A stretch of DNA of 64,000 nucleotides from Oscillospiraceae bacterium (GCA_017435965.1 JAFSEA010000046.1:2974-66973); one strand, 5' to 3'; counted from the first letter of the stretch, positions 44,348 through 53,165 are shown. Notes: a model not told the origin generated them from the letters alone. Numbers and translations: made by a program.

Positions 44348-46612
44348 ATGTGGAAAGAGGTATTGGAAATGGAATATGCTTCAATAAAAAAAGAACTTAA
44401 CAAATATTATTTGGATGTCGCTCCGAAAAGTGCAAAGAAACTTCAGAAAGAATGTTTTGCGTTTCTGGATGAAGCCGCAAAAGAGATTTCCGATGCCGAC
44501 AATTTCACTCTAAAAAGTATGCAATATAAATGCATTGCCGACAAAATTGAACCCGTTATATTTCCGAAACTTCCATTCTATTTCGAAATGGGCTCAATGC
44601 ACCCCTTTTGTGACGGGCATTATCTGCGAGGAATGCTTCATGCAAACGGCTGGCTCATTCAGAAAAATGAACACATTTTCAGAGAAGAAAATCCTCATAT
44701 GAACAAAGTCCGCATTGCAAACACGGGAGAAAAGCTCTATCTCGGCGATGAGATGTATTTTGATCTTGAGCATTTCAGTATTCCCTTGAAAAAGATATTC
44801 AAGGGAGGTCTTCGCGGTGTTTGGGAAGAGGCAAAACAGACTCTCCAAAGATGCGAAACCGAAGCTGAGAGAAAATTCGTCCTCACCGCAATAGACGGAA
44901 TTGAGGCGGTAAAGTCTCTTTCCGAAAAGTTTTCAAAAAAGGCAGAAGAGCTTGCTCTCACGGTTACAGACGAAAGTGAGAGGAAAAACCTTGAGCTTAT
45001 CAAAGAAACTGCCGCACGTATTCCCTGGGAAGCACCAAAGAGCGTTTATGAAGGCCTTGCCACAATAGCCTTTATGCGAAAAGCCGTGGGAAGCCTCGAA
45101 GGAGTCGGCTACAACACCATGGGAAGAGTTGACGTTCTTCTTTATCCCTTATATGAAGAGGATAAGAAAAAAGGCATTTCGGACGATGAGATTTATGACC
45201 TTGTCTGCAAATTCCTTCTTATATGGGATGCTCATATCGACAAGGTAAAAGAAATGTCGGGCTATGCCGACTATGAATATGAAAATGCGTTGACCCTTGG
45301 CGGTTGCGACAAAGACGGAAATGAAGTATTCAATGAAATAACAAAATTTTTCTTAAAGGCACATTATGAGCTTGACAATACATATCCGAAAATAATGTGT
45401 CGCTATTCGGCTAAATCATCAAAGGAATATATCGGTATGATAACCGAGCCGATACTGAATAAAAAAAGCGTCCTGCTCTATTGCAATGACGACAAGGTTA
45501 TGCCGGCAATGAAAAAGCATGGCTTTTCGGATGAACACATATATGATTATACCGTTTCCGGTTGCTGGGACATAGGTATTGATGATTACTGTCACGGTCA
45601 ATGCGGACAGTATATAAACGTTCTTCGTGCTCTTGAATGGTCAATGTATTTTCCTAAAGAGAAAATAGAAAATTGTGAGCTTTCCTTAAAGCCTCTTGAA
45701 AATGCCTCCTCCTTTGAGGAAGTATATGAGATTTTTATGCATAATCTTATGCAGATTATATATAAGAAAGCGGAGCAGGAGGCCTTCGGCACTCGCAACT
45801 GGTCGAGAATTTCACCTCTTTGCCTGACCTCGGCTTTGACATACGGACCTTTTGAAAAACGCCGTGACCACACCGATGGGGGTAGCACATATAACTGGGA
45901 AGCAATGCTTCTTGCGGCAGTTCCGGATGCAATAGATTCCCTTATTGCCATAAAAACCCTTTGCTATGATAAAAAGGTCTGCACTTTGAAAGAACTCATA
46001 GAATGTTGCAGAAACAACTGGGACAATGAGGTTTTGCGGCAGATGGCAATTTCCGCACCGTCATACGGCGATGGCTCGGAAGAAGCGTCAAGGCTTATTG
46101 CAAAATTTGTTGATGATGTATATAATAAAACAAGAAATCTGCCAACGGCATATGGCGGAAGCTGGCAGATCGGCTCATATATGTATACCGAGATAATCTG
46201 GTGGGGAAAAGAAATTGCGGCAACTCCCAACGGTCGCCGAAACGGGGAACTCATATCTCAAGGATTTACTCCGTCAAGACTCAAAAAGATTGATTCCGTA
46301 ACGGATGTATTCACAAGCCTTTGTTATCTTGACAGCGAAAAGCTTTCGCAGGGAGTCGTAATAAACGTTGTTCTTCCTGCGACAAATATGACCGGAGATA
46401 TAATCGAGAGCTTTCTCCGGGGATGTGCAAGGTCAAACACATATATAATGCAGATAAATTGTGTTGACAAAGAGGATTTGCTGAAGGCACAGAAGAACCC
46501 CGAAAACTACGGACACATAATAGTGAGAGTCTGCGGCTTTTCGGCGCAGTTCATAAGCCTTTCAAAAGAATATCAGGACGAGTTTTTGAGTCGGAATTTC
46601 TATATCAATTAG
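44348..46612 (+). CDS. Glycyl radical enzyme (PFL2/dehydratase-like superfamily), function unknown
   Basis: C-terminal glycyl-radical motif IIVRVCGFSAQF (Gly codon 46535-46537). Upstream blocks ATPNGRRNGELISQGFTPS and QINCVDKEDLLKAQKNPENY. Candidate Cys loop TVSGCWD (Cys codon 45563-45565), 324 aa before the Gly. An alternative start at ATG 44369 has a better RBS (AAGAGG). Confidence 0.85.
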   Translation: MWKEVLEMEYASIKKELNKYYLDVAPKSAKKLQKECFAFLDEAAKEISDADNFTLKSMQYKCIADKIEPVIFPKLPFYFEMGSMHPFCDGHYLRGMLHANGWLIQKNEHIFREENPHMNKVRIANTGEKLYLGDEMYFDLEHFSIPLKKIFKGGLRGVWEEAKQTLQRCETEAERKFVLTAIDGIEAVKSLSEKFSKKAEELALTVTDESERKNLELIKETAARIPWEAPKSVYEGLATIAFMRKAVGSLEGVGYNTMGRVDVLLYPLYEEDKKKGISDDEIYDLVCKFLLIWDAHIDKVKEMSGYADYEYENALTLGGCDKDGNEVFNEITKFFLKAHYELDNTYPKIMCRYSAKSSKEYIGMITEPILNKKSVLLYCNDDKVMPAMKKHGFSDEHIYDYTVSGCWDIGIDDYCHGQCGQYINVLRALEWSMYFPKEKIENCELSLKPLENASSFEEVYEIFMHNLMQIIYKKAEQEAFGTRNWSRISPLCLTSALTYGPFEKRRDHTDGGSTYNWEAMLLAAVPDAIDSLIAIKTLCYDKKVCTLKELIECCRNNWDNEVLRQMAISAPSYGDGSEEASRLIAKFVDDVYNKTRNLPTAYGGSWQIGSYMYTEIIWWGKEIAATPNGRRNGELISQGFTPSRLKKIDSVTDVFTSLCYLDSEKLSQGVVINVVLPATNMTGDIIESFLRGCARSNTYIMQINCVDKEDLLKAQKNPENYGHIIVRVCGFSAQFISLSKEYQDEFLSRNFYIN

Positions 46613-46621
46613 GAGATATAT

Positions 46622-47410
46622 ATGAAGATAGCAATTTCCAACATTCAGAATTTCTGTGTTCACGACGGACCGGGAATACGAACGGTTTTCTTCCTTTCGG
46701 GATGTCCTTTGCGATGTAAGTGGTGTCACAATCCCGAAACGTGGGAAAGCTCTCCCTCCATTGCGTTTGAAAAGGAAAGGTGCATTTTGTGCAAAGGCTG
46801 CAATGTATGTTCACAGGGTGTGCATACATTCCGGGGAGAACATCTCATAAACCGAAGTCTGTGCAAAAGATGCGGAAGGTGCATTGAAAATTGTCCGACA
46901 AAAGCTATTTCTTTTACTGCAAGAGAATATGAGGAGAGGGAAATTCTTGAGATTATAGATAAACAAAGTGCGTTTTTCGGAGACGTCGGCGGAGTTACCT
47001 TCTCCGGCGGCGAGCCCCTTACGCAATGGGAGAGGGTAAGCCGTCTCTGCAAGAACATATCGGTATCAAAAGCTGTTGAAACCTGCGGATATACAGGGAG
47101 CGAAACATTTAAAAAAATGCTCTCCGATGTTGACTATGTTATGATGGATATAAAGCTTTATGACGAAAGTCAACACATAAAATATACGGGAGTATCGAAT
47201 AAGCCGATACTTGAAAATCTTAAGCTTTTAAAAGAAAGTGGTATCGACTGTTGCATCCGCACTCCGCTGATTCCCGGGATTACCGATACGGAAGAAAACC
47301 TTTCCGGAATACAGGGAATTATAGGTGATCTCCCGTGGGAGAAGCTTCCGTATAATGCGATTACACCTCAGAAGTATGAAAGACTCGGAATGACTTTTTC
47401 GCTTTCTTGA
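46622..47410 (+). CDS. Glycyl-radical enzyme activating protein (radical SAM)
   Basis: FCVHDGPGIRTVFFLSGCPLRCKWCHNPE (CX3CX2C at 46703-26), plus two ferredoxin-type Cys clusters (CILCKGCNVC, CKRCGRCIENCP). Lies 9 nt after the GRE stop. Confidence 0.9.
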   Translation: MKIAISNIQNFCVHDGPGIRTVFFLSGCPLRCKWCHNPETWESSPSIAFEKERCILCKGCNVCSQGVHTFRGEHLINRSLCKRCGRCIENCPTKAISFTAREYEEREILEIIDKQSAFFGDVGGVTFSGGEPLTQWERVSRLCKNISVSKAVETCGYTGSETFKKMLSDVDYVMMDIKLYDESQHIKYTGVSNKPILENLKLLKESGIDCCIRTPLIPGITDTEENLSGIQGIIGDLPWEKLPYNAITPQKYERLGMTFSLS

Positions 47411-47442
47411 CAAGTATTGTATCGATATAAGCAATTAAACAT

Positions 47443-48402
47443 ATGAAGACGGGAGTTGAAGCTGTGTATACAGGAATAGACATAGGAGGAACAAAGTGTG
47501 CAGTTGTGAAAGGCAACAGCTGTGACGGAATTGTTGAAAAAATCAGATTTGACACCACCGATGTTGAAGAGACTTTAAAAAATATTTTTGAGGCAGTGGA
47601 AAAACTGGGGAATACAAAGGCAATCGGAATAAGCTGCGGTGGGCCTCTTAATTCGAGAAAAGGCATAATAATGTCACCGCCAAACCTTCCCGGATGGGAC
47701 AATATACATATTTGTGATATGCTGAGAGACAGATTTAATGTTCCGGCAGGATTACAAAACGATGCAAATGCCTGTGCTCTTGCCGAGTGGAAATATGGCG
47801 CGGGAAGAAATACAAGAAATATGATTTTCCTCACCTTCGGCACAGGTCTCGGAGCAGGTCTTATCTTAAACGGAAGGTTATATTCGGGAACAAATGATAT
47901 GGCAGGAGAGGTTGGTCATATAAGGCTCTCGGAATTCGGCCCCGTTGGGTATGGAAAAAGCGGATCCTTTGAAGGCTTCTGTTCGGGAGGAGGAATCGCA
48001 GGACTTGGCAGGTTGATTGCGGAAGAATGGTTACAGGCAGGAAGAAAAACAGCTTTTTGTAAATCTTATGATGACCTTGATAAAATAAACGCAAAGCTTA
48101 TTGCGGAATGTGCAAAAAACGGTGACGAAGCGGCAAAGAAGGTGTATAACATTTGTGCCGAAAAGCTCGGCACAGGCCTTTCAATTTTGATTGATATATT
48201 AAACCCCGAGCGTATTGTAATCGGAAGCATATTTGAGCGAAGTGAAAATCTTCTCCGTGAAGGTATGCAGAAAGTAATTGAAAAAGAAGCACTTAAGTAT
48301 TCGAAGAATGTCTGTGAAATCGTTCCGGCAGAGCTTGGAGATTCAATCGGTGACTGGGCAGCCATTGCCGTTGCCCAAAATTGTGTTTGCGAGGATGTGT
48401 GA
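47443..48402 (+). CDS. ROK family protein (putative sugar kinase) lacking the Cys-rich zinc motif
   Basis: Contains GIDIGGTKCAVV, NDANACALAEWKYGAG and GTGLGAGLILNGRLYSG..MAGEVGH. The usual CxCGxxGCxE position reads VGYGKSGSFE. Confidence 0.75.
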   Translation: MKTGVEAVYTGIDIGGTKCAVVKGNSCDGIVEKIRFDTTDVEETLKNIFEAVEKLGNTKAIGISCGGPLNSRKGIIMSPPNLPGWDNIHICDMLRDRFNVPAGLQNDANACALAEWKYGAGRNTRNMIFLTFGTGLGAGLILNGRLYSGTNDMAGEVGHIRLSEFGPVGYGKSGSFEGFCSGGGIAGLGRLIAEEWLQAGRKTAFCKSYDDLDKINAKLIAECAKNGDEAAKKVYNICAEKLGTGLSILIDILNPERIVIGSIFERSENLLREGMQKVIEKEALKYSKNVCEIVPAELGDSIGDWAAIAVAQNCVCEDV

Positions 48403-48405
48403 ATT

Positions 48406-49002
48406 ATGAAAGAATTGTTTGAAAGATACCCAAAATTAGAAGCGTGCAAAGAAGATATCGAAAAAGCTCTTGAGCTTATTTTGGATACATATAAAAATGG
48501 AGGAAAAGTTCTTCTTTGCGGAAACGGCGGAAGTGCCGCGGACTGTGAGCATATTGTGGGTGAACTTATGAAGGGCTTTAAGAGTATGAGAAAGGTTTCG
48601 GATGAGAGACTTCCCGAGGAAATACGGGAGAAACTCCAGGGCTCATTGCCTGCAATATCCCTTCCGAGTCAATCTGCCATAATATCGGCATACTGCAATG
48701 ATATTTCACCCGAGATGGTATATGCCGAGCTTGTATACGGCTATGCCAAACGTGAAGATCTCGTAATTGCCCTGTCAACATCGGGTAATTCAAAGAATAT
48801 TGTCCGTGCGGCAGAGGTTGCGGGGTGTCTTGGGGTAAAAACTCTTGCACTTACGGGAATGGGAGGCGGAGAGCTCTCAAAGCTTGCAACGGTAACGATA
48901 AAAGTTCCCGAAACCGAAACATACAAGGTTCAGGAACTTCATCTGCCGATATACCATTATCTGTGTGCCGAAACCGAAAAAAAGATTTTTGGAAACGAAT
49001 GA
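48406..49002 (+). CDS. SIS-domain phosphosugar isomerase (GmhA/phosphoheptose isomerase-like)
   Basis: Contains LLCGNGGSAADCEHIVGEL and ALSTSGNSKNIV. About 198 aa. Lies 3 nt after the ROK gene. Confidence 0.8.
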   Translation: MKELFERYPKLEACKEDIEKALELILDTYKNGGKVLLCGNGGSAADCEHIVGELMKGFKSMRKVSDERLPEEIREKLQGSLPAISLPSQSAIISAYCNDISPEMVYAELVYGYAKREDLVIALSTSGNSKNIVRAAEVAGCLGVKTLALTGMGGGELSKLATVTIKVPETETYKVQELHLPIYHYLCAETEKKIFGNE

Positions 49003-49034
49003 TTGAATGAAGCGTTTCCTTTGTGCCTTTTTTA
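48991..49034 (+). terminator. Putative terminator of the GRE operon
   Basis: Stem GGAAACG / CGTTTCC with a 15-nt loop, followed by TTTGTGCCTTTTTT. Overlaps the SIS stop codon. Confidence 0.45.
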
Positions 49035-49122
49035 TAGTCTCTGTTGTACTGTAAAAACATAGAATGTGATATGTAAATCGGATGCCTATTTCTGCGAAAA
49101 GTATTGAACCTTATATCTTGAT

Positions 49123-49716
49123 TTGGTTGATGTGGAAGTTCGCCCTTTGTGTAATTCTATTGATGAAATCAGTTTACAAGACGAGAGAAAATTCAAATTA
49201 ACAATTACGGAAGATACGTTAAATGATGCCCAAAGAGAAGAATTTGTTTTTTCTCCAATAAAAAAAGGTTTGCAATTGAATCGGGACTATATCAAAGAAC
49301 TTTCTTTGAGAGAAATTATGTCGGTGATTTTTGTGTTGGCCAATATGGATGAATCTTCTTTGTCAGATGATGCAAAAAAGATCAAGGAAGGCAACCGGGG
49401 TTTTTTACTTTCAATGGTGGCTGAACGGCTGAAAAACAATACTTTTTATGTTGTGTGCACTAAAAATAACGATGTGCCGATTACGATGTCTCAAAATGGT
49501 ATGATTTTTACATTTGTTTATTCGTCAAAAGAGTATGCTGAAACTGCAATCAACGGAGATGTTAATTTGTTGTGCAGAGAAATTTCTTCTCAAAAAACCG
49601 AATTCTGGCAATTGTTAGCACAAAATGGTATTTCTCAGATTGTTGTTGACAACAGCCCTATGACTGTAACTGTACAAGGCTGCTATATGTATTCAATTGC
49701 AACTGTGCAGGAATAG
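49123..49716 (+). CDS. Hypothetical protein (faint SseB-like flavour)
   Basis: ORF with a non-ATG start and no clear RBS. No motif was recognised with confidence. Confidence 0.35.
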   Translation: MVDVEVRPLCNSIDEISLQDERKFKLTITEDTLNDAQREEFVFSPIKKGLQLNRDYIKELSLREIMSVIFVLANMDESSLSDDAKKIKEGNRGFLLSMVAERLKNNTFYVVCTKNNDVPITMSQNGMIFTFVYSSKEYAETAINGDVNLLCREISSQKTEFWQLLAQNGISQIVVDNSPMTVTVQGCYMYSIATVQE

Positions 49717-49729
49717 GCAAAATCGAATC

Positions 49730-49758
49730 TTGACACAGATATGCTCAAATGATAAAAT
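49730..49758 (+). promoter_or_regulatory. Sigma-A type promoter of coaD
   Basis: TTGACA (49730-35), a 17-nt spacer, then TAAAAT (49753-58) with an upstream TG (TGATAAAAT). Confidence 0.65.
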
Positions 49759-49779
49759 CTTTACAGAGGTGAAGAGATA

Positions 49780-50253
49780 ATGAGCAATATAGCAATTTAT
49801 CCGGGGTCTTTTGACCCTTTTACAAATGGGCATTTGGATATTGTAAAAAAGGGTGCAAAGCTTTTTGATGAAGTACACATCTTAATCGGCATCAATGCCA
49901 ATAAAAAGCGAACATATGACAGTATGGTGATGAAAACTGCCATCGAAGAAACTCTTATTAAAAATAACATATCAAACTGTAAAGTTGATATTTACGATGG
50001 ACTTGTCGCCGAATATACAAAAAAGAACAACATCGGATATATGATACGCGGACTTCGCAACAATATGGACTATAACTACGAAGAAAACATTGCGGAAGTA
50101 AATAAGCTCATAAATCAGAAGCTTGAATATGTCTATTTCAGGGCAGAAAATGTGGCAGTATCTTCTTCAATGGTGAAAGAACTTTCGTATTACGGCAGAG
50201 ATGTATCGAAGTTTGTTCCGAAACCTGTTCTTGAGGTTATGAAAAACAGCTGA
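49780..50253 (+). CDS. coaD: Phosphopantetheine adenylyltransferase
   Basis: IAIYPGSFDPFTNGHLDIVKKG matches the PPAT T/HxGH nucleotidyltransferase signature. 157 aa. Confidence 0.92.
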   Translation: MSNIAIYPGSFDPFTNGHLDIVKKGAKLFDEVHILIGINANKKRTYDSMVMKTAIEETLIKNNISNCKVDIYDGLVAEYTKKNNIGYMIRGLRNNMDYNYEENIAEVNKLINQKLEYVYFRAENVAVSSSMVKELSYYGRDVSKFVPKPVLEVMKNS

Positions 50254-50277
50254 TTTTCGGGTTTGGTTAAAAAACAG

Positions 50278-50315
50278 AACACAGAGCTTTCAAAATCAGA
50301 AGCTCTGTGTTTTCT
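50278..50315. terminator. Bidirectional terminator
   Basis: 12-bp stem AACACAGAGCTT / AAGCTCTGTGTT, with a T-run on + and an A-run upstream. Lies between convergent genes. Confidence 0.65.
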
Positions 50316-50784
50316 TGATTTTTATTCTTTCTATTATCTGCAGGACGAGAATAATTGCATTGAGTATGAATGAGCAGGAAGAGATGATAAATGATATTTC
50401 AATTAAGGTATTGTTATGTATGAGTCCGAAAAAGGCATATGATCCGGTATCACCTCCGTCCGGGAGGAATATATAACCTGCGAGATATGTGATATAAGAC
50501 AGGACGGAATACCTTTTGATTCCGGCAGATTTGTCAATGTAAGTAAGGGCTAAATCGTTTATAAATAAAAAGGCAATGGTGTGAATTGTCGGTATTGCAA
50601 GAAATGTCATAAAAAACCTGAGCCAACCAAAGTTTAGAAACCAGGAAATAATTGCAATGAGTGCACACAGACCGGAAAGGAGGGTGAATTTAATTTTCGC
50701 TATATTTCCGGTTTGTTTTGAATGAATGATTGAGTGTATTAAGATAGCAAATCCTGCGATTACGCCAAGAAAATTTATCAACAT
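50296..50784 (-). CDS. Hypothetical multi-pass membrane protein
   Basis: Start chosen at MLINFLGVIAG (RBS AAGGTGGTG 6 nt upstream). Contains four to five hydrophobic segments. The longer ORF-track start would overlap the neighbouring gene. Confidence 0.5.
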   Translation of the reverse strand: MLINFLGVIAGFAILIHSIIHSKQTGNIAKIKFTLLSGLCALIAIISWFLNFGWLRFFMTFLAIPTIHTIAFLFINDLALTYIDKSAGIKRYSVLSYITYLAGYIFLPDGGDTGSYAFFGLIHNNTLIEISFIISSCSFILNAIILVLQIIERIKIKKTQSF

Positions 50785-50894
50785 CAAAAACACCACCTTG
50801 TGTTCAGTATACCATACAAGCCGTGATATTTCAACGTAGGTGTTCTTTTTGATTTTTTCTGTGCATATACTCCAACAGAAATGTATGGAGGTAT

Positions 50895-51242
50895 ATGACG
50901 ATGACAAAAGGAAAAGTTTACAAAGGAATAGCAATTATTTTATTTGCACTTATATTTATAGGTGCGGTGGCTGTGGGGAATTCTGAAATATTCCGTGTTA
51001 TTTCGGAAGACGAATTTAATTTCGGAGTGTTTTTCTACATCCTTATAACGGGACTTCTTGCCTGCATTCCCATTTATGGAATAGGTGATGCTGTTGAGGC
51101 GAAAGGTCTTTGCAACTGTGGGAATGCGGAGAAAAGCAACGAGAGCGCACCGCCTTCTTCCGACGGTTGGATATGCAAGAAGTGCTCTGTTAAAAATGAC
51201 AGCCTTTCCGCGTTTTGCAAAAACTGCGGCGAATACAAGTAA
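50895..51242 (+). CDS. Small membrane protein with C-terminal zinc-ribbon (CKKC...CKNC)
   Basis: Two hydrophobic helices followed by WICKKCSVKNDSLSAFCKNCG. RBS GGAG. Confidence 0.5.
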   Translation: MTMTKGKVYKGIAIILFALIFIGAVAVGNSEIFRVISEDEFNFGVFFYILITGLLACIPIYGIGDAVEAKGLCNCGNAEKSNESAPPSSDGWICKKCSVKNDSLSAFCKNCGEYK

Positions 51243-51245
51243 AAA

Positions 51246-51280
51246 AGAGCTTCGGGAGAAAAAACTTCCGAAGCTTTTTG
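51246..51280 (+). terminator. Rho-independent terminator
   Basis: Stem AGCTTCGG / CCGAAGCT followed by TTTTG. Confidence 0.6.
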
Positions 51281-51309
51281 TTGACACGGATATGAGTAAA
51301 TGGTAAAAT
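51281..51309 (+). promoter_or_regulatory. Sigma-A type promoter of the sulfite-reductase-like gene
   Basis: TTGACA (51281-86), a 17-nt spacer, then TAAAAT (51304-09) with an upstream TG. Confidence 0.65.
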
Positions 51310-51339
51310 CTTTATATAAATAGTGAGAAGGTGAAACGA

Positions 51340-52248
51340 ATGAAAAACGCAAACGATTTTCCTGTTAAAAGCACGGTTTCTGCAGAGGATGCCGCACGTG
51401 TTAAAGGTCTCGGCTTTTTGCGAGATAAAAACACCCCCGATTGCTTTAACGGAAGAGTTATAACAAGAAACGGAAAGATTACTGCAGATGAGAGCATCGC
51501 CATTGCCGAAGCTGCACGCCGTTTCGGAAGTGGTGAGGTTGCGATGACTTCACGACTCACAGTTGAAATTCAAAAGGTCCCTTTTAATAATATTGCACCG
51601 CTTTGTGAGTTCCTTGCAGCCCACGGTCTTGAAACAGGAGGAACGGGACCGAAGGTTCGTCCCATAGTTTCCTGTAAGGGAACAACCTGCGTGTTTGGAC
51701 TTATTGACACCTTTGCTCTTTCCCGTGAGATTCACGAGCGTTTTTATAAGGGATACCACGATGTGAAGCTTCCTCATAAGTTCAAGATAGGCGTTGGCGG
51801 ATGTCCCAACAACTGCGTGAAGCCGGATCTTAACGATGTGGGAATCATCGGTCAGAGAGTTGTTAAGGTTGATTATGACAAGTGTCGCGGCTGCAAGAAG
51901 TGCGCAATTGAAGAAGCTTGTCCCATAAAGGCTGCAAAGCTTTCGGGTGATAAAATCACGGTTGATAAAGAAGAATGCAACAATTGCGGAAGATGTGTAA
52001 AGAAGTGCCCCTTTGGTGCATTTGAGGAATATACAAACGGTTGCAGAATGTATATCGGCGGAAGATGGGGAAAGAAAACTGCACGTGGAATCCCTCTTTC
52101 AAAGGTATTTACAGACAAGGAAGAAGTGCTTGAAGTTCTTGAAAGGGCAATTTGCTTCTTCCGTGACAACGGTATTCCGGGAGAAAGATTTGCCGATACA
52201 ATCGCAAGGATAGGCTTTGAAAACGTGGAAAAGGCTCTTCTCGGATAA
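51340..52248 (+). CDS. Nitrite/sulfite reductase-like 4Fe-4S/siroheme-type protein with ferredoxin insert (AsrC/DsrA-like small form)
   Basis: Cys motifs SCKGTTC and GGCPNNC resemble the siroheme-[4Fe-4S] site. Two ferredoxin CxxCxxCxxxCP motifs (CRGCKKCAIEEACP, CNNCGRCVKKCP). ATG 51340 has RBS GAAGGTGA; GTG 51331 is also possible. Confidence 0.65.
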   Translation: MKNANDFPVKSTVSAEDAARVKGLGFLRDKNTPDCFNGRVITRNGKITADESIAIAEAARRFGSGEVAMTSRLTVEIQKVPFNNIAPLCEFLAAHGLETGGTGPKVRPIVSCKGTTCVFGLIDTFALSREIHERFYKGYHDVKLPHKFKIGVGGCPNNCVKPDLNDVGIIGQRVVKVDYDKCRGCKKCAIEEACPIKAAKLSGDKITVDKEECNNCGRCVKKCPFGAFEEYTNGCRMYIGGRWGKKTARGIPLSKVFTDKEEVLEVLERAICFFRDNGIPGERFADTIARIGFENVEKALLG

Positions 52249-52267
52249 AAAATAAACACAAAGAAAA

Positions 52268-52307
52268 AACACGCAAGAATCTCCGGAAAAGGGGATTTTT
52301 GCGTGTT
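52268..52307. terminator. Bidirectional terminator
   Basis: Stem AACACGCAA / TTGCGTGTT enclosing an inner stem (ATCTCC/GGGGAT). T-rich 3' flank. Lies between convergent genes. Confidence 0.55.
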
Positions 52308-52315
52308 CGTTATTT

Positions 52316-53020
52316 TTATGTATTTTTCTTTGATATGAAAGGAATGAACAGACACAGGAAAAGAAGGATTGAGGTGGTAATCGTTCCTGTTCCCACAAAT
52401 GACCCGATGTCAATGTTGAGAGCTATTGCTGCGCCGAAGCCAAGAATTAAAATAACGGCAAGATTTGCAAGAACAGCTATCCTAAATAAAAATTTACTGT
52501 TTTTTGCTGCAGCAATCATCATTACAATGAAGAGGACAAGGATGACAACGAGCATAAAGAAAACAAGGAGAAGAGGCGTGCGTATTTGATTTAGCATAGG
52601 GATAAGCACTCTTTCGATATCAGAAGCAGTTTTCTCAAAAGAGATTGCGAGAAAAGCCACAATGCCCTTTTTTATGATATCGTTTTTTTTCTGATCGGAG
52701 ATATCGAATTTGTCGAGCTCCTCATCTGACATTCTGAGGATATTGATTTCCTCTCTGGTGAGGGTTTCGGTTTCAACCAGTTTCTCAAGAGTCTCTTCGG
52801 ACAGCTCTTCGGCAAAGTTCACGATTTCGCCATTTGCCATCTCCGGAAACTCTATGCCCATAAAGGAAAGCTGAATGGCATCTGTTGCATAGAGGTTGAT
52901 GCCGCCTAACTGATCAAGGGTAAAAAGTGGTAAAAAGGAGAAGCACATAAAGGTGATTAGAAGTATCAAAAGCATTCTGACTCTATAATCTTTTTTTGCT
53001 GTGGCAGTTGGATTGTCCAT
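52316..53020 (-). CDS. Hypothetical membrane protein
   Basis: An N-terminal and several C-terminal hydrophobic segments flank an acidic central region. Own promoter upstream. Confidence 0.55.
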   Translation of the reverse strand: MDNPTATAKKDYRVRMLLILLITFMCFSFLPLFTLDQLGGINLYATDAIQLSFMGIEFPEMANGEIVNFAEELSEETLEKLVETETLTREEINILRMSDEELDKFDISDQKKNDIIKKGIVAFLAISFEKTASDIERVLIPMLNQIRTPLLLVFFMLVVILVLFIVMMIAAAKNSKFLFRIAVLANLAVILILGFGAAIALNIDIGSFVGTGTITTSILLFLCLFIPFISKKNT

Positions 53021-53096
53021 TGCGATATCCCCTGTGTAATTTTTATATTGTTATCCTCTTGTGCAAGCGTGCTGATTTGCCCAAACTGTTAAGTTT

Positions 53097-53125
53097 ATGA
53101 TATCACAATTGTCGTTATGTGTCAA
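53097..53125 (-). promoter_or_regulatory. Sigma-A type promoter (minus strand) for 52316-53020
   Basis: Read on the minus strand: TTGACA (53125-53120), a 17-nt spacer, then TATCAT (53102-53097) with an upstream TG. Confidence 0.55.
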
Positions 53126-53165
53126 TATTTTTGAAGGCACATCGAGTGTTGTGAGCAATGTTATA

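Noticed and set aside
44348-46612. Annotation as bona fide pyruvate formate-lyase
   Set aside because: The candidate thiyl loop has a single Cys (SGCWD) rather than the adjacent Cys-Cys of PFL. The genomic context (AraC, ROK, SIS, glycan locus) also does not fit central pyruvate metabolism.
46622-47410. Radical SAM gene as an anaerobic sulfatase-maturating enzyme (attractive given heparinase-like lyases)
   Set aside because: The N-terminus (VHDGPGIRTVFFLSGCPLRCKWCHNPE) and the ~260-aa size match GRE activases. It sits 9 nt after a GRE, and no sulfatase gene is present in the window.
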